Assembly (NCBI GenBank): GCA_963666985.2
Contig: CAXXIA010000002.1
Location: 864,001-928,000 of the forward strand
Length of the DNA: 64,000 nucleotides
From: Spirochaetia bacterium
GTDB taxonomy: Bacteria; Spirochaetota; Spirochaetia; DSM-2461
Direction of reading: 5' to 3'
The notes under the pieces were generated by a model. It was not told the origin of the DNA, ran no database searches, and saw nothing but the letters and a program-made list of their open reading frames with translations. Position numbers and translations under genes: made by a program. Shown here piece after piece: positions 30,946 to 40,327 of the stretch (the first letter of the stretch is position 1; every line of letters starts with the position of its first letter).

Positions 30946-30981
30946 TTGATAATTTTTCATATAATCATGATTGATACTCAT
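30946..30981. promoter_or_regulatory. Probable MetR (LysR) binding boxes
   Basis: TGATAATTTTTCA and ATGATTGATACTCAT (T-N11-A, TGA..TCA) in the metE/metR divergent gap. Confidence 0.55.
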
Positions 30982-31001
30982 CATACAAGGATACCGCCGG
31001 A

Positions 31002-31952
31002 ATGCTGGAACGCCTTCATCTCTCCATTCTAAGGGAAATCAAACGAAGCGGGACTCTTACCGAAGCGGCCGCGAGCCTGAATCTTACTCAATCGGCTCTC
31101 AGTCATTCCATTAAGAAATTAGAGCAGGATTTCGGTGTACGTTTATGGGAAAAAGACGGACGCCGTCTCCGATTCACGGAAGCCGGCAGCTACCTTCTGA
31201 ACGTGGCCAATCGTCTGCTGCCGCAGATGGATCATGCGGAACGGATTCTGGAACAATTCGCTTCCGGACAAAGAGGGATTCTCCGCATCGGAATCGAATG
31301 CCATCCCTGTTCCCTCTGGCTAACCCGGATTGTCTCGCCGTTCTTAAACCGCTGGCCCGATGTGGATGTCGATATCAGGGAAGAATACCGATTCGGAGGG
31401 ATGGGGGCGCTCATCGGACATGATATCGATCTTCTGATTACGCCCGATCCCCTGAAAAAATCGGGATTGATCTTCGAACCCGTTTTCGATTTCGAAATGG
31501 TCCTCGTCGTTCCCGAAAAACATCCTTTAGCCGACAGGAAATTCGTCCGGCCGCAACAGCTCTCGGAAGAAATCCTGCTGACCTACCCCGTGGAGAATGA
31601 TCGGCTGGACATCATGACCATGTTTTTCGTTCCTTCACAATGCCGTCCGAAAAAGCATAAATACATTGAAAATACGGAAATGCTCCTGCAGATGGTGGCC
31701 GCCGGAAGAGGTGTGACGGCACTGCCGAAGTGGTTCGTGGATGAATATCAAGGAGCGTTTCAAATCCGCAGTATCCGCCTGGGTGAAAAAGGTCTCTATA
31801 AACAGCTTTTCATCGGCCGCCGGAAAAAGGCGCAAATCGAGGAATATATAACGGGATTTATTTCCATGGCCCGCGAGGCGGGAACAATGATTACCGCTCC
31901 GAACATTCGACATACTCCCCGACCGATTGACTCATCCTCTCTCTTGCCATAG
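31002..31952 (+). CDS. metR: LysR-family regulator MetR
   Basis: MLERLHL...LTQSALSH, LRIGIECHPC..WL, LLTYPVE..RLDI; divergent from metE. Confidence 0.92.
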   Translation: MLERLHLSILREIKRSGTLTEAAASLNLTQSALSHSIKKLEQDFGVRLWEKDGRRLRFTEAGSYLLNVANRLLPQMDHAERILEQFASGQRGILRIGIECHPCSLWLTRIVSPFLNRWPDVDVDIREEYRFGGMGALIGHDIDLLITPDPLKKSGLIFEPVFDFEMVLVVPEKHPLADRKFVRPQQLSEEILLTYPVENDRLDIMTMFFVPSQCRPKKHKYIENTEMLLQMVAAGRGVTALPKWFVDEYQGAFQIRSIRLGEKGLYKQLFIGRRKKAQIEEYITGFISMAREAGTMITAPNIRHTPRPIDSSSLLP

Positions 31953-32028
31953 TCTTTATAACACCTGATCAATATCCCGACCCCGCCAAACACCGTCACG
32001 ACAGGAATCCGAATAAAGGATACGACAA

Positions 32029-33789
32029 TTGACATTCACCAACTTGGGGCTCAATCCTCTTCTTTTGGAGGCCATAAGCTCCCGCGGCTTTGAAGCGCCC
32101 ACACCCATCCAGGCAGAAATGATTCCTTTTCTGCTCAATGAAACACAAGACGTGGTCGGTCTGGCCCAGACCGGCACGGGAAAAACCGCGGCGTTCGGAC
32201 TCCCCATACTGCAGAAACTGGACCTTCCGAAACATCACATTCAGGCCCTTATCCTGGTCCCCACACGAGAGCTGTGCCGGCAAGTATCCGGAGAGATTTC
32301 CGATTACGGCCGTAATCTTTCCGGATTGCGTACGGCCGCGGTCTACGGCGGTACGGCGTTCGGCCCTCAAATAAAAAATCTCCGATCCGGAGTGCATCTG
32401 ATTACCGCCACACCCGGGCGTCTGAAAGACCTTCTGGATCGGAATATCGTCGACCTCGAACATTTACGCTTTCTGGTTCTCGATGAAGCGGATCAAATGC
32501 TTGATATGGGATTCAAGGATGATTTGGACGCCATTCTTCAGACGGCTTCTCCGGATCGCCGGACCCTGCTGTTCTCGGCCACCATGCCGCCGGCGGTAGC
32601 CCGCATCGCTTCCACCTATATGACCAATCCCCATGAAATCGTAGCGGGAGAACGCAATCGCGGAACATCTTCGGTAGAACACCGCTATTATAGAGTTCAC
32701 GCATCGGACAAGTACGCGGCCCTGCGGCGTCTTATCGATGTGGAACCATCTGTTTACGGCATTATATTCTGCCGTACCCGGGAAACCGTAAAAGACATCG
32801 CGGCCCGTCTCGGCCGGGACGGCTACGCCGCCGATGCTCTCCACGGCGAACTCTCACAGGTGCAAAGAGAATCGGTAATGCAGCGATTCCGCCAAGGCAA
32901 CCCCTCCCTCCTGGTAGCCACCGATGTGGCGGCCAGAGGTTTGGACGTGGATAATCTTACCCATGTTATTCATTACGATCTCCCGGATGAACCGGCGGTG
33001 TACAACCACCGCAGCGGACGAACCGGCCGTGCCGGAAAAACCGGAACATCCTTAACCCTCGTTCACCTCCGGGAAGGTCATCGCATCAGACGAATCGAAC
33101 AGATTCTCGGCCGGCCTATTAAGGAAGACCGGATACCCGGTGCGAAAGAAATCTGCGAAACCCGGCTGCTGTTCCTGGTTAACCGCGTTCTTTCGGTTGA
33201 AGTGAACGACGAAGCAATTAATCCCTACCTGCAAGCCGTCCGGGAAAAGATGGAAGGGATGGACCGGGAAGAACTTCTCCGCCGCTTTCTCTCGGTTGAA
33301 TTCAACCGCTTTCTGGAGGAATACGGTTCCGCTCCGGATCTGAATCCGCCGGAGCCTCCCCGGCGAACCCGGCGGGAAGCTCTGCAGCTCAATGATAAGA
33401 AGAAGAGCCCTCAAAAGCGGGGCGGCCGCATCGACGGCGGCATGATCGGGATGAGAATCAATCTCGGCCGGCACCATCGCGTACTGCCTCCCCAAATAAT
33501 CGGTCTGGTCAATCAGGCTACCCGTACCCGGAACATTCGTTTGGGACGCATCGATATCGGTCCCGATTGGTCCGAGCTGCAGGTGGAATCCGCCATGGCG
33601 CAACAGGTGGAAGAAGCGCTGCGAAACTACGATTTCCAGGGCAGGCAGATACAGGTAGAACGAATAAAAGCTCGAGAAGGAAATAAAGCTTATAAAGGTA
33701 AGGCCGCTTCCTCTCCGAAAAAATCCCACCATAAATCGGCGAAATCAAAAAACGGCCGCACCGCCCCAAGGAAACGTCAAAAGAAATAG
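32029..33789 (+). CDS. DEAD-box RNA helicase with DbpA-type RNA-binding C-terminus
   Basis: PTPIQ, AQTGTGKT, PTREL, TPGR, DEAD, SAT, ARGLD, HRSGRTGRAG. Confidence 0.95.
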   Translation: MTFTNLGLNPLLLEAISSRGFEAPTPIQAEMIPFLLNETQDVVGLAQTGTGKTAAFGLPILQKLDLPKHHIQALILVPTRELCRQVSGEISDYGRNLSGLRTAAVYGGTAFGPQIKNLRSGVHLITATPGRLKDLLDRNIVDLEHLRFLVLDEADQMLDMGFKDDLDAILQTASPDRRTLLFSATMPPAVARIASTYMTNPHEIVAGERNRGTSSVEHRYYRVHASDKYAALRRLIDVEPSVYGIIFCRTRETVKDIAARLGRDGYAADALHGELSQVQRESVMQRFRQGNPSLLVATDVAARGLDVDNLTHVIHYDLPDEPAVYNHRSGRTGRAGKTGTSLTLVHLREGHRIRRIEQILGRPIKEDRIPGAKEICETRLLFLVNRVLSVEVNDEAINPYLQAVREKMEGMDREELLRRFLSVEFNRFLEEYGSAPDLNPPEPPRRTRREALQLNDKKKSPQKRGGRIDGGMIGMRINLGRHHRVLPPQIIGLVNQATRTRNIRLGRIDIGPDWSELQVESAMAQQVEEALRNYDFQGRQIQVERIKAREGNKAYKGKAASSPKKSHHKSAKSKNGRTAPRKRQKK

Positions 33790-33952
33790 AATACGGGAAT
33801 TAACAATCCCTTTATCACGGCCGAAGCTGCAGCGGCATCAAAGAGACCGTTTTAAAAGAGATATTCGCCGAACTTGAAGAAGATTCATTTGTCCGTTAAT
33901 GAACAACCTTTATATATTATTTGCGGCACTGTAAACTGTTTTCAGGGGAACT

Positions 33953-35341
33953 ATGGAAACTATCGACAATAACACGCGCATAAAAGACATCGTCCGCCTT
34001 CAGCGGGACTATTATCACTCAGGGGAAACGCTCGAGATCGGCTTTCGTAAACGCCAATTGGAAAAACTCCTCTCCGCGATCAACAGCAATGAAGAGGCGA
34101 TCTACGAAGCTTTATCGGCGGATCTTCACAAGTCTCCCTTCGAATCCTACGCAACCGAAGTCGGGATGGCATTGGAGGAAATCCGTTTTTTCCTTAAAAA
34201 CCTTTCCCGCTTGGCAAAACCGCGAAAAGTGAAGACTCCCATTACGCAATTCAAGGCGGTCAGCAAAATCCATAAAGCCCCATACGGGAACGTCCTGATT
34301 ATGTCGCCCTGGAATTATCCGTTCCAGCTCACCATCCTTCCGCTGGTAGGTGCTCTGGCCGCCGGGAACACCGCGGTGGTAAAACCTTCCAATTACGCGC
34401 CGGCCACGGCGGGACTGCTTTCAAAAATGCTCTCCGATTGTTTCCCGGAAAAGTATGTCGCCGTTATGGAAGGCGGACGGAAAACCAATACGGAACTGTT
34501 GAATCAGAAATTTGATTACATCTTCTTCACCGGAAGCGCCGGTGTCGGAAAAGTCGTTATGGAATCGGCATCCCGCCACCTTACGCCCATCAGCTTGGAA
34601 CTGGGAGGCAAAAGTCCCTGTATTGTGGATGAAACCGCGAAAATCGACCTGGCCGCCAAAAGAATCGCCTGGGGAAAACTTCTGAACGCCGGACAAACCT
34701 GCGTTGCTCCGGATTATATCCTCGCCGAAAAAACGATCGTACAGGAACTCATGGACAGACTGGTCTTCCATTGCGAGGCCTTCTTCGGCGCATCGGCGGA
34801 AACGCATCCCGACTATCCGAAAATCATCACCGAAAAGCATTTCAAGCGCCTCTGCGGCCTTATCGAAGGATCGGCCGTGTATTACGGAGGCCGCACCAAT
34901 GCGGAAAGTCTGCAAATTTCACCGACAATCCTCTATCCCGCCGCCGAAGAGGAACCGGTTATGCAGGAAGAAATCTTCGGCCCTCTTCTCCCCGTTTTAA
35001 CCTTCGAGAATACCGATGAGGTTATCTCATTCATCAGAAAGAGAGCTAATCCTCTGGCCCTGTATCTATTCACCGAATCGAAAGAACGGGAGAAGAAAAT
35101 CATCGATAGCGTGTCTTTCGGCGGCGGCTGCGTCAACGACACGGTTGTGCACGTCGCCAATCCGCGAATGCCCTTCGGCGGTGTGGGCGAAAGCGGTATG
35201 GGCGGATATCACGGGAAGAACAGCTTTGCGACCTTCACCCACGAAAAGAGCATCATGAAGAAATCAACACTGTTCGATATGCCCATACGCTACGCACCCT
35301 ACGGAAACAAACTGAAGCTCTTAAAAAAGGTGATGAAGTAG
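33953..35341 (+). CDS. Aldehyde dehydrogenase (ALDH3-like)
   Basis: PWNYPFQL, FTGS, LELGGKSP, NAGQTCVAPDY, EEIFGP, PFGGVGESG. Confidence 0.95.
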   Translation: METIDNNTRIKDIVRLQRDYYHSGETLEIGFRKRQLEKLLSAINSNEEAIYEALSADLHKSPFESYATEVGMALEEIRFFLKNLSRLAKPRKVKTPITQFKAVSKIHKAPYGNVLIMSPWNYPFQLTILPLVGALAAGNTAVVKPSNYAPATAGLLSKMLSDCFPEKYVAVMEGGRKTNTELLNQKFDYIFFTGSAGVGKVVMESASRHLTPISLELGGKSPCIVDETAKIDLAAKRIAWGKLLNAGQTCVAPDYILAEKTIVQELMDRLVFHCEAFFGASAETHPDYPKIITEKHFKRLCGLIEGSAVYYGGRTNAESLQISPTILYPAAEEEPVMQEEIFGPLLPVLTFENTDEVISFIRKRANPLALYLFTESKEREKKIIDSVSFGGGCVNDTVVHVANPRMPFGGVGESGMGGYHGKNSFATFTHEKSIMKKSTLFDMPIRYAPYGNKLKLLKKVMK

Positions 35342-35397
35342 GCATTCTATTCGTCTCAAAACGACGATTATCATTCACCCGCTCACTTCACACCAGT

Positions 35398-36132
35398 TCA
35401 CCGCGCAATCAGATGCGCCGTGTAAGCACCGCCGAAACCGTTGTCGATATTCACCACCGAAACACCCGAGGCGCAGCTGTTCACCATGGCCAAGAGTGCC
35501 GTAAGACCTCCGAAATTCGCCCCATATCCCACGCTGGTAGGCACCGCGATAACCGGAACATCCACCAAACCGGCCACAACACTCGGAAGAGCCCCTTCCA
35601 TCCCGGCCACAGCCACCACGGCCCGGGCTCGGCGGATTTCATCGATGCGCCGCAAGAGCCGATGGAGTCCGGCCACGCCCACATCCAAGGCCCGGATTAC
35701 CTCATGTCCGAAAAACTCGGCTGTTGCCGCGGCTTCCTCCAAAACCGGAAGATCGGACGTTCCCGCGGCCACGACGGCAATTGGCCGGCCTGAATTCTCG
35801 GCACTTTTACCCACCGTTACAATCCGGGCCGTTTCATTGTATTGCGCTTCCGGAAAAAGCCCCAAAACGGCCCGGGCCGTCTCTTCGCTGGCCCGCGTAG
35901 CTAAAACCCGCTCATCGGCCTCAACCAAGGAAGAGACAATATCCCTCACCTGTTGCGGGGTTTTCCCGGCGCAATAAATCACCTCGGCATCCCCGGTTCG
36001 CCTTCGGCGGTCCAAATCCACAATAGTATGACCGAGTTCCATCTCCTGAACGGAAGAAAGACGATGTATCGCTTCATCACGGGAAATGTTTCCGTTCTTA
36101 AAAGCATCGAGGAGATCTTCAAAATTATTCAT
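35398..36132 (-). CDS. larB: Nickel-pincer cofactor biosynthesis protein LarB
   Basis: DLDRRRRTG.AEVIY..GKT, AGTSDLPV, DVGVAGLHRL, AGMEGALPSVV, VPTSVGYG, SCASG..VVNIDNGFGGA. Confidence 0.95.
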   Translation of the reverse strand: MNNFEDLLDAFKNGNISRDEAIHRLSSVQEMELGHTIVDLDRRRRTGDAEVIYCAGKTPQQVRDIVSSLVEADERVLATRASEETARAVLGLFPEAQYNETARIVTVGKSAENSGRPIAVVAAGTSDLPVLEEAAATAEFFGHEVIRALDVGVAGLHRLLRRIDEIRRARAVVAVAGMEGALPSVVAGLVDVPVIAVPTSVGYGANFGGLTALLAMVNSCASGVSVVNIDNGFGGAYTAHLIAR

Positions 36133-36928
36133 CGGCCTTCTCCTTCCGTACGTTCATACTCGCGAACCGATACCCTTCAAGATCAAGCGTAACTCGTCCG
36201 TATCCCATCGATTTCAACTTCGAAGCAACCTCGGCACCGTCAGATGCCAGACGCGGTACTTCCTCGGGTTCAGCTTCTATGCAGGCCATAGAGCCGAAAT
36301 CACGGACACGAACCGCCGCATAACCACGATCCAGAAGATAATCCTCCGCCGACTCCACTCTGTGAAGATCATCATCGGTGATACTTCTTCCGGAAGGGAA
36401 CCTCGTCAACAGACACGTATTTGACGGCTTCTCAGCCGATGAAAGATTCCATGCTCGCGCCAAGGTGCGAATATTAATTTTTGTTATCCCGGCCGACCGA
36501 AGAGGACTGGCAATTCCCAGATGCTCCAAAGCCCGCATACCGGGACGATTCTCCGGAGAATCATCCGCATTCGAACCATCGGCCAAAAGAGGAAATCCCA
36601 GTTCCCTCGCCTTTCCCTGAAGAAATCCCAATAACTTCTTTTTACAGAGAAAACACCGTTTTTCCGGATTATCACGGAGTTCAGCAGGGAACGGGAGCTC
36701 TTCAATATAATGAGCAACACCGAGAGATTCAGCCACTTCACGCGCCGCCATGATTTCGCGTTCGGCCACATACGGCACCTCCGCCGTTAGAGCCGCAACA
36801 TTCCCTGTTCCCAAAACCTCCGCGGTGGCCGCTAAAACAACGGCACTGTCGACGCCCCCCGATAACGCAATCGCAAGCCTCCCGTAAGACTCCAGGAGAT
36901 CAGCCAACGGAAAAGGAATCGATCTCAT
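36125..36928 (-). CDS. larE: ATP-dependent sulfur transferase LarE
   Basis: SGGVDS PP-loop, RCFLCK, DGSNADD...RPG, KPSNTCLLTR, VRVR, DLEGYR..SMN. Confidence 0.93.
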   Translation of the reverse strand: MRSIPFPLADLLESYGRLAIALSGGVDSAVVLAATAEVLGTGNVAALTAEVPYVAEREIMAAREVAESLGVAHYIEELPFPAELRDNPEKRCFLCKKKLLGFLQGKARELGFPLLADGSNADDSPENRPGMRALEHLGIASPLRSAGITKINIRTLARAWNLSSAEKPSNTCLLTRFPSGRSITDDDLHRVESAEDYLLDRGYAAVRVRDFGSMACIEAEPEEVPRLASDGAEVASKLKSMGYGRVTLDLEGYRFASMNVRKEKADE

Positions 36929-38346
36929 AGCTTACCGTTCAATTCGTTCCGAAGACGTTCCCGTACCTCCGGTACCGAAAGGTGATGCGTGTTCGCGATT
37001 TTAAGAAGATCACGATATTCCGCTTTCCAGGTACTGCGGGATAATTTTTTATTTTCCGTACCGCCCGGTGTACTTAAGGCATCCGACTCTTCTTCGAAGG
37101 ACGGTCTGCGAAGAATCTTCACCGCGACAGGGCCGAAAGAAGTGTCGACCTTCCTGATTTCCCGAGGCAGCATCACCTTCTTCACCTCACAAACGCGGAC
37201 TCCCGCCGTTGTGGACAAGGCGAAAAGCAGTTCCGTCAGAAACACGGTTCTCTCAGGTCCGCAAAGGACTGAAACACGGGTTCCGGGTCTGTCGTTCTTC
37301 ATGAATACCGGCAGGAACACCACATCCAGAGCTCCGCCTTCCAAAAGCCGGCTTCTCAGCGCTCCAAAATCCTCGGGCACCATATCGTCGAGATCGCTCT
37401 CGATCACCTCGTTGACGTCCTGTTCATACTCAGCCGAGAATCCCGCTTGTTTCTCGTCCGGCCTCCGCTTCTCCTCGGAACAATCCCCGATGACGGCCCG
37501 GAGAACATTCGGAATGGAAAAGTCACGATGTCCGATACCGTAGCCAATTTTACTCGGCCTTATCTGCAGATGTGAAACAAACTCATCAGCAACTGTTTTC
37601 AGAATGGCGGCGCCGGTCGGCGTAGCGGATTCGCCGTCCACGGTTCCGAAGGTTAGAGGAATATCGCGAAGGATCCTGGCCGTTGCCGGAGCCGGAACAG
37701 GAAAGCGGCCGTGGGCGCATTCCGTGAAGCCTCCGCCGACTTCCACGGGTGAACAGTAAACTTTTTCCACGTCGAGATAGTCCAGAGAGATCGCGGCGCC
37801 GACGATATCGACGATGGCGTCGGTTGCCCCCACCTCATGAAAATGCACGTCTTCCACGCTCATGCCGTGAATATGCGCCTCGGCTTCGGCCAACGCGGTG
37901 AATATCGCGACGGATCGCTCCTTCACGGTTTCGGATAAATCACTTGCGCGGATAATCCCGGTGATGACCGATAGCCCCCTGTGGTTGTGCGTATGGCCCT
38001 CATGATCATGATGATGATCCCCATGGCTCCGTGAGTGCGCGTGAGAATGATTGTGGCTGTAATCCCCATGGGCCGCATTATAATCGTGCGCACGGCTCTC
38101 ATGATTAGAACCGTGACCCGCGCCTTTGGAACCCTCTTCATGATGATGAGTAAGAATCACGTCGGCCCTTGTGCCTGTAATCCCCTGCTTTTGTCCGCGA
38201 GTTACGACCAAATTATATTCATCATCCACATGAAGCTTCGCCAACTCCTTGCGAAGATAATCTTCCGGTACACCGAGGTCCACCATGGCGCCGAGATTCA
38301 TATCACCGCTGATTCCGCTGAAACATTGATAGTAAAGAACCTTCAT
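36925..38346 (-). CDS. larC: Nickel insertase LarC with His-rich insert
   Basis: FSGISGDMNLGA, AEAHIHG...VHFHEVGA.DAIVD, AHG.FPVPAPAT, TPTGAA, MK..RPG, KAEY.D. Confidence 0.95.
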   Translation of the reverse strand: MKVLYYQCFSGISGDMNLGAMVDLGVPEDYLRKELAKLHVDDEYNLVVTRGQKQGITGTRADVILTHHHEEGSKGAGHGSNHESRAHDYNAAHGDYSHNHSHAHSRSHGDHHHDHEGHTHNHRGLSVITGIIRASDLSETVKERSVAIFTALAEAEAHIHGMSVEDVHFHEVGATDAIVDIVGAAISLDYLDVEKVYCSPVEVGGGFTECAHGRFPVPAPATARILRDIPLTFGTVDGESATPTGAAILKTVADEFVSHLQIRPSKIGYGIGHRDFSIPNVLRAVIGDCSEEKRRPDEKQAGFSAEYEQDVNEVIESDLDDMVPEDFGALRSRLLEGGALDVVFLPVFMKNDRPGTRVSVLCGPERTVFLTELLFALSTTAGVRVCEVKKVMLPREIRKVDTSFGPVAVKILRRPSFEEESDALSTPGGTENKKLSRSTWKAEYRDLLKIANTHHLSVPEVRERLRNELNGKL

Positions 38347-39545
38347 CGCGCTCCTCCCGGCGCCTTCACTCCCACCGCGTCCGGACCGTTCTCTAAAACG
38401 ATACCGCCTCCTATCACCGTCGGAATTTCAGCGCCGGCGCACGCGCGGCAGCAAAGATTATCCCCGCAGGAAACGCTTTTTGTTTCCATGAACGACTCCC
38501 CGCATCCGCCGCACGTTACACTCGCTTTCATCGGCGCATAATCCGGAAGTGAAACCTCAACCGCCTCCTTGGAGAAAAGATCCCAGACGGGAACATTCAA
38601 CAGATGGAAACTTGCTTCCCGGGAAGCCCTTTTATACCGACGAACCATTTCGGCATCACGATCCGACCGGCGAATTACCGTATCAAAGAGTTCCGGGAAC
38701 TCGGGAACAGCTTCTGAAACCAATGATACGGTATCCTCTTTCAGAAAAAGACGAACTCCTTTTCCCGAACGAACAGCCATGGTAAAAGCGGTCTTCCCAA
38801 TATCGCGATAAATCAACCCGTTGTTCCCCAAAGTGCAGCCGGTTACGTACTGAATCCCGTCGACGCTGCAGTTATTGCACTCCGGCAGAACCAGAAGTTC
38901 TTCCAGACCATCGGAACTCATAAGATCGGCCACGCGAATACCGCATTCTTCGGCAAGGGCGTGCAGTCCTTCAACAGCGGCTATAACACCAACGGAGAGG
39001 CCGGGACAATAATGACCATGCAGGGTTCCGGCACCTCGCAGCAAAGTTTCGGTATCACGTGTATTAACCCGCTGTATAAAAGAACGGCGGGGATAAAGCG
39101 ATTGGAGTTCTTCCTTTGGAGAAATGCCGCCGCTGAATAAAGCCGCCGCTCCCTCATCATCCCATTCCTGTGAATACGGATTGATATCGAGAACCGGCGT
39201 TTCATCCAGAGCATCCAATCCCCGAACAATAAGCTCCCGGCCGCGAATTTCCAGCAGTTCAACGACACTCACACCAATAGAAGACGGCCGATGCGGACTG
39301 CGGCTCGCAAACACGCCTTTCTCACCCCCATGATAAACCGAAGTGCGCAGAGAATAGCCTTCGGACTGATGAAAAACAAAAACCACTTGAATATAACGGG
39401 ACTCCTCCAAGCGAAAGAGTCCTTCCTGTAAATCTTCATTTATAAAAATACTGCTTTGATGCCGGCGCATAATAAAAGGATCCGTGGACTCTGCGAATTG
39501 ACTTTTCACGGTCCCAACAGCCATCATGGAGTTATCTCTATTCAT
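38343..39545 (-). CDS. TrmO/TsaA-like SAM-binding domain fused to an FmdE domain with C-terminal zinc finger
   Basis: GVFASRSPHRP..IG, GLDALDETPVLDI.PY; then HGHYCPG, ECNNC.VDGIQ.VTGCTLGN, CGGCGE...CRAC. Confidence 0.85.
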   Translation of the reverse strand: MNRDNSMMAVGTVKSQFAESTDPFIMRRHQSSIFINEDLQEGLFRLEESRYIQVVFVFHQSEGYSLRTSVYHGGEKGVFASRSPHRPSSIGVSVVELLEIRGRELIVRGLDALDETPVLDINPYSQEWDDEGAAALFSGGISPKEELQSLYPRRSFIQRVNTRDTETLLRGAGTLHGHYCPGLSVGVIAAVEGLHALAEECGIRVADLMSSDGLEELLVLPECNNCSVDGIQYVTGCTLGNNGLIYRDIGKTAFTMAVRSGKGVRLFLKEDTVSLVSEAVPEFPELFDTVIRRSDRDAEMVRRYKRASREASFHLLNVPVWDLFSKEAVEVSLPDYAPMKASVTCGGCGESFMETKSVSCGDNLCCRACAGAEIPTVIGGGIVLENGPDAVGVKAPGGAR

Positions 39546-40327
39546 GCGATATTATCCTCCTCTTCTCTTCTGATGCTCTCCGGCAGCACATAAGGCCGTC
39601 CCCCATTTGTAACGATTTCAGCACTCACACCGTAAATCGCTTCAACCAAATCCGAGGTAATTTCACCGGGGCGAATCGCGCTGTATAAAGAACCGGCTTT
39701 CAACAGAATCAGTCGATCTGCGGCACCCAGGGCTAAGTTGATGTCATGAATCGTCATCAGAACAAGGATTCGGCGTGTTCGGGACAAATCACGAAGAATC
39801 TCCATAATCTCCAGGGCGTTTTTAAGATCCAGAGAGGCTGTCGGCTCATCCAGGAGAATAACCCGCGGTTCCTGTACCAAAGCTCTGGCAATTCTGACCT
39901 TCTGATATTCTCCTCCGCTCAGTTCATGTACCGGACGAAGAGCCATTGATTGAAGGTCCAGTTTATTAAGCACATCCCAAGTCGCTTCAATATCCGAATC
40001 CCGAAGAGTCCAGCGGATATGCGGCCTCCGCCCAATAAGGACCGTATCGAAAACAGTCGTCCGGGCCGATTCGGCACGCTGAGCCACATAGCCGAAAGTC
40101 CGCGCCAGTTCCGAACGTCGGCATTGTGCCAAATCCCGTTCTCCAAGAAAAACATGGCCGCTCTCAGGTTCAAGAATCCGATTAATACAGCGCAGCATCG
40201 TAGTTTTGCCTGTTCCGTTCGGCCCCAGGATTCCGACAACCTCCTGCTGTTCGAAATCAAAATCAATCTCCTTTAAAATCGGAACCGACGGATAAGAAAA
40301 AGATAAACCGGCAATATGAAGATTCAT
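39542..40327 (-). CDS. Metal-chelate ABC transporter ATPase
   Basis: GPNGTGKT, LSGGE, LLDEPT, HDINLA. Confidence 0.93.
   Translation of the reverse strand: MNLHIAGLSFSYPSVPILKEIDFDFEQQEVVGILGPNGTGKTTMLRCINRILEPESGHVFLGERDLAQCRRSELARTFGYVAQRAESARTTVFDTVLIGRRPHIRWTLRDSDIEATWDVLNKLDLQSMALRPVHELSGGEYQKVRIARALVQEPRVILLDEPTASLDLKNALEIMEILRDLSRTRRILVLMTIHDINLALGAADRLILLKAGSLYSAIRPGEITSDLVEAIYGVSAEIVTNGGRPYVLPESIRREEEDNIA

Noticed and set aside
36925..38346. Programmed frameshift in larC, or the His-rich tract as a novelty
   Set aside because: larC is one continuous ORF here, and His-rich inserts are normal for LarC.
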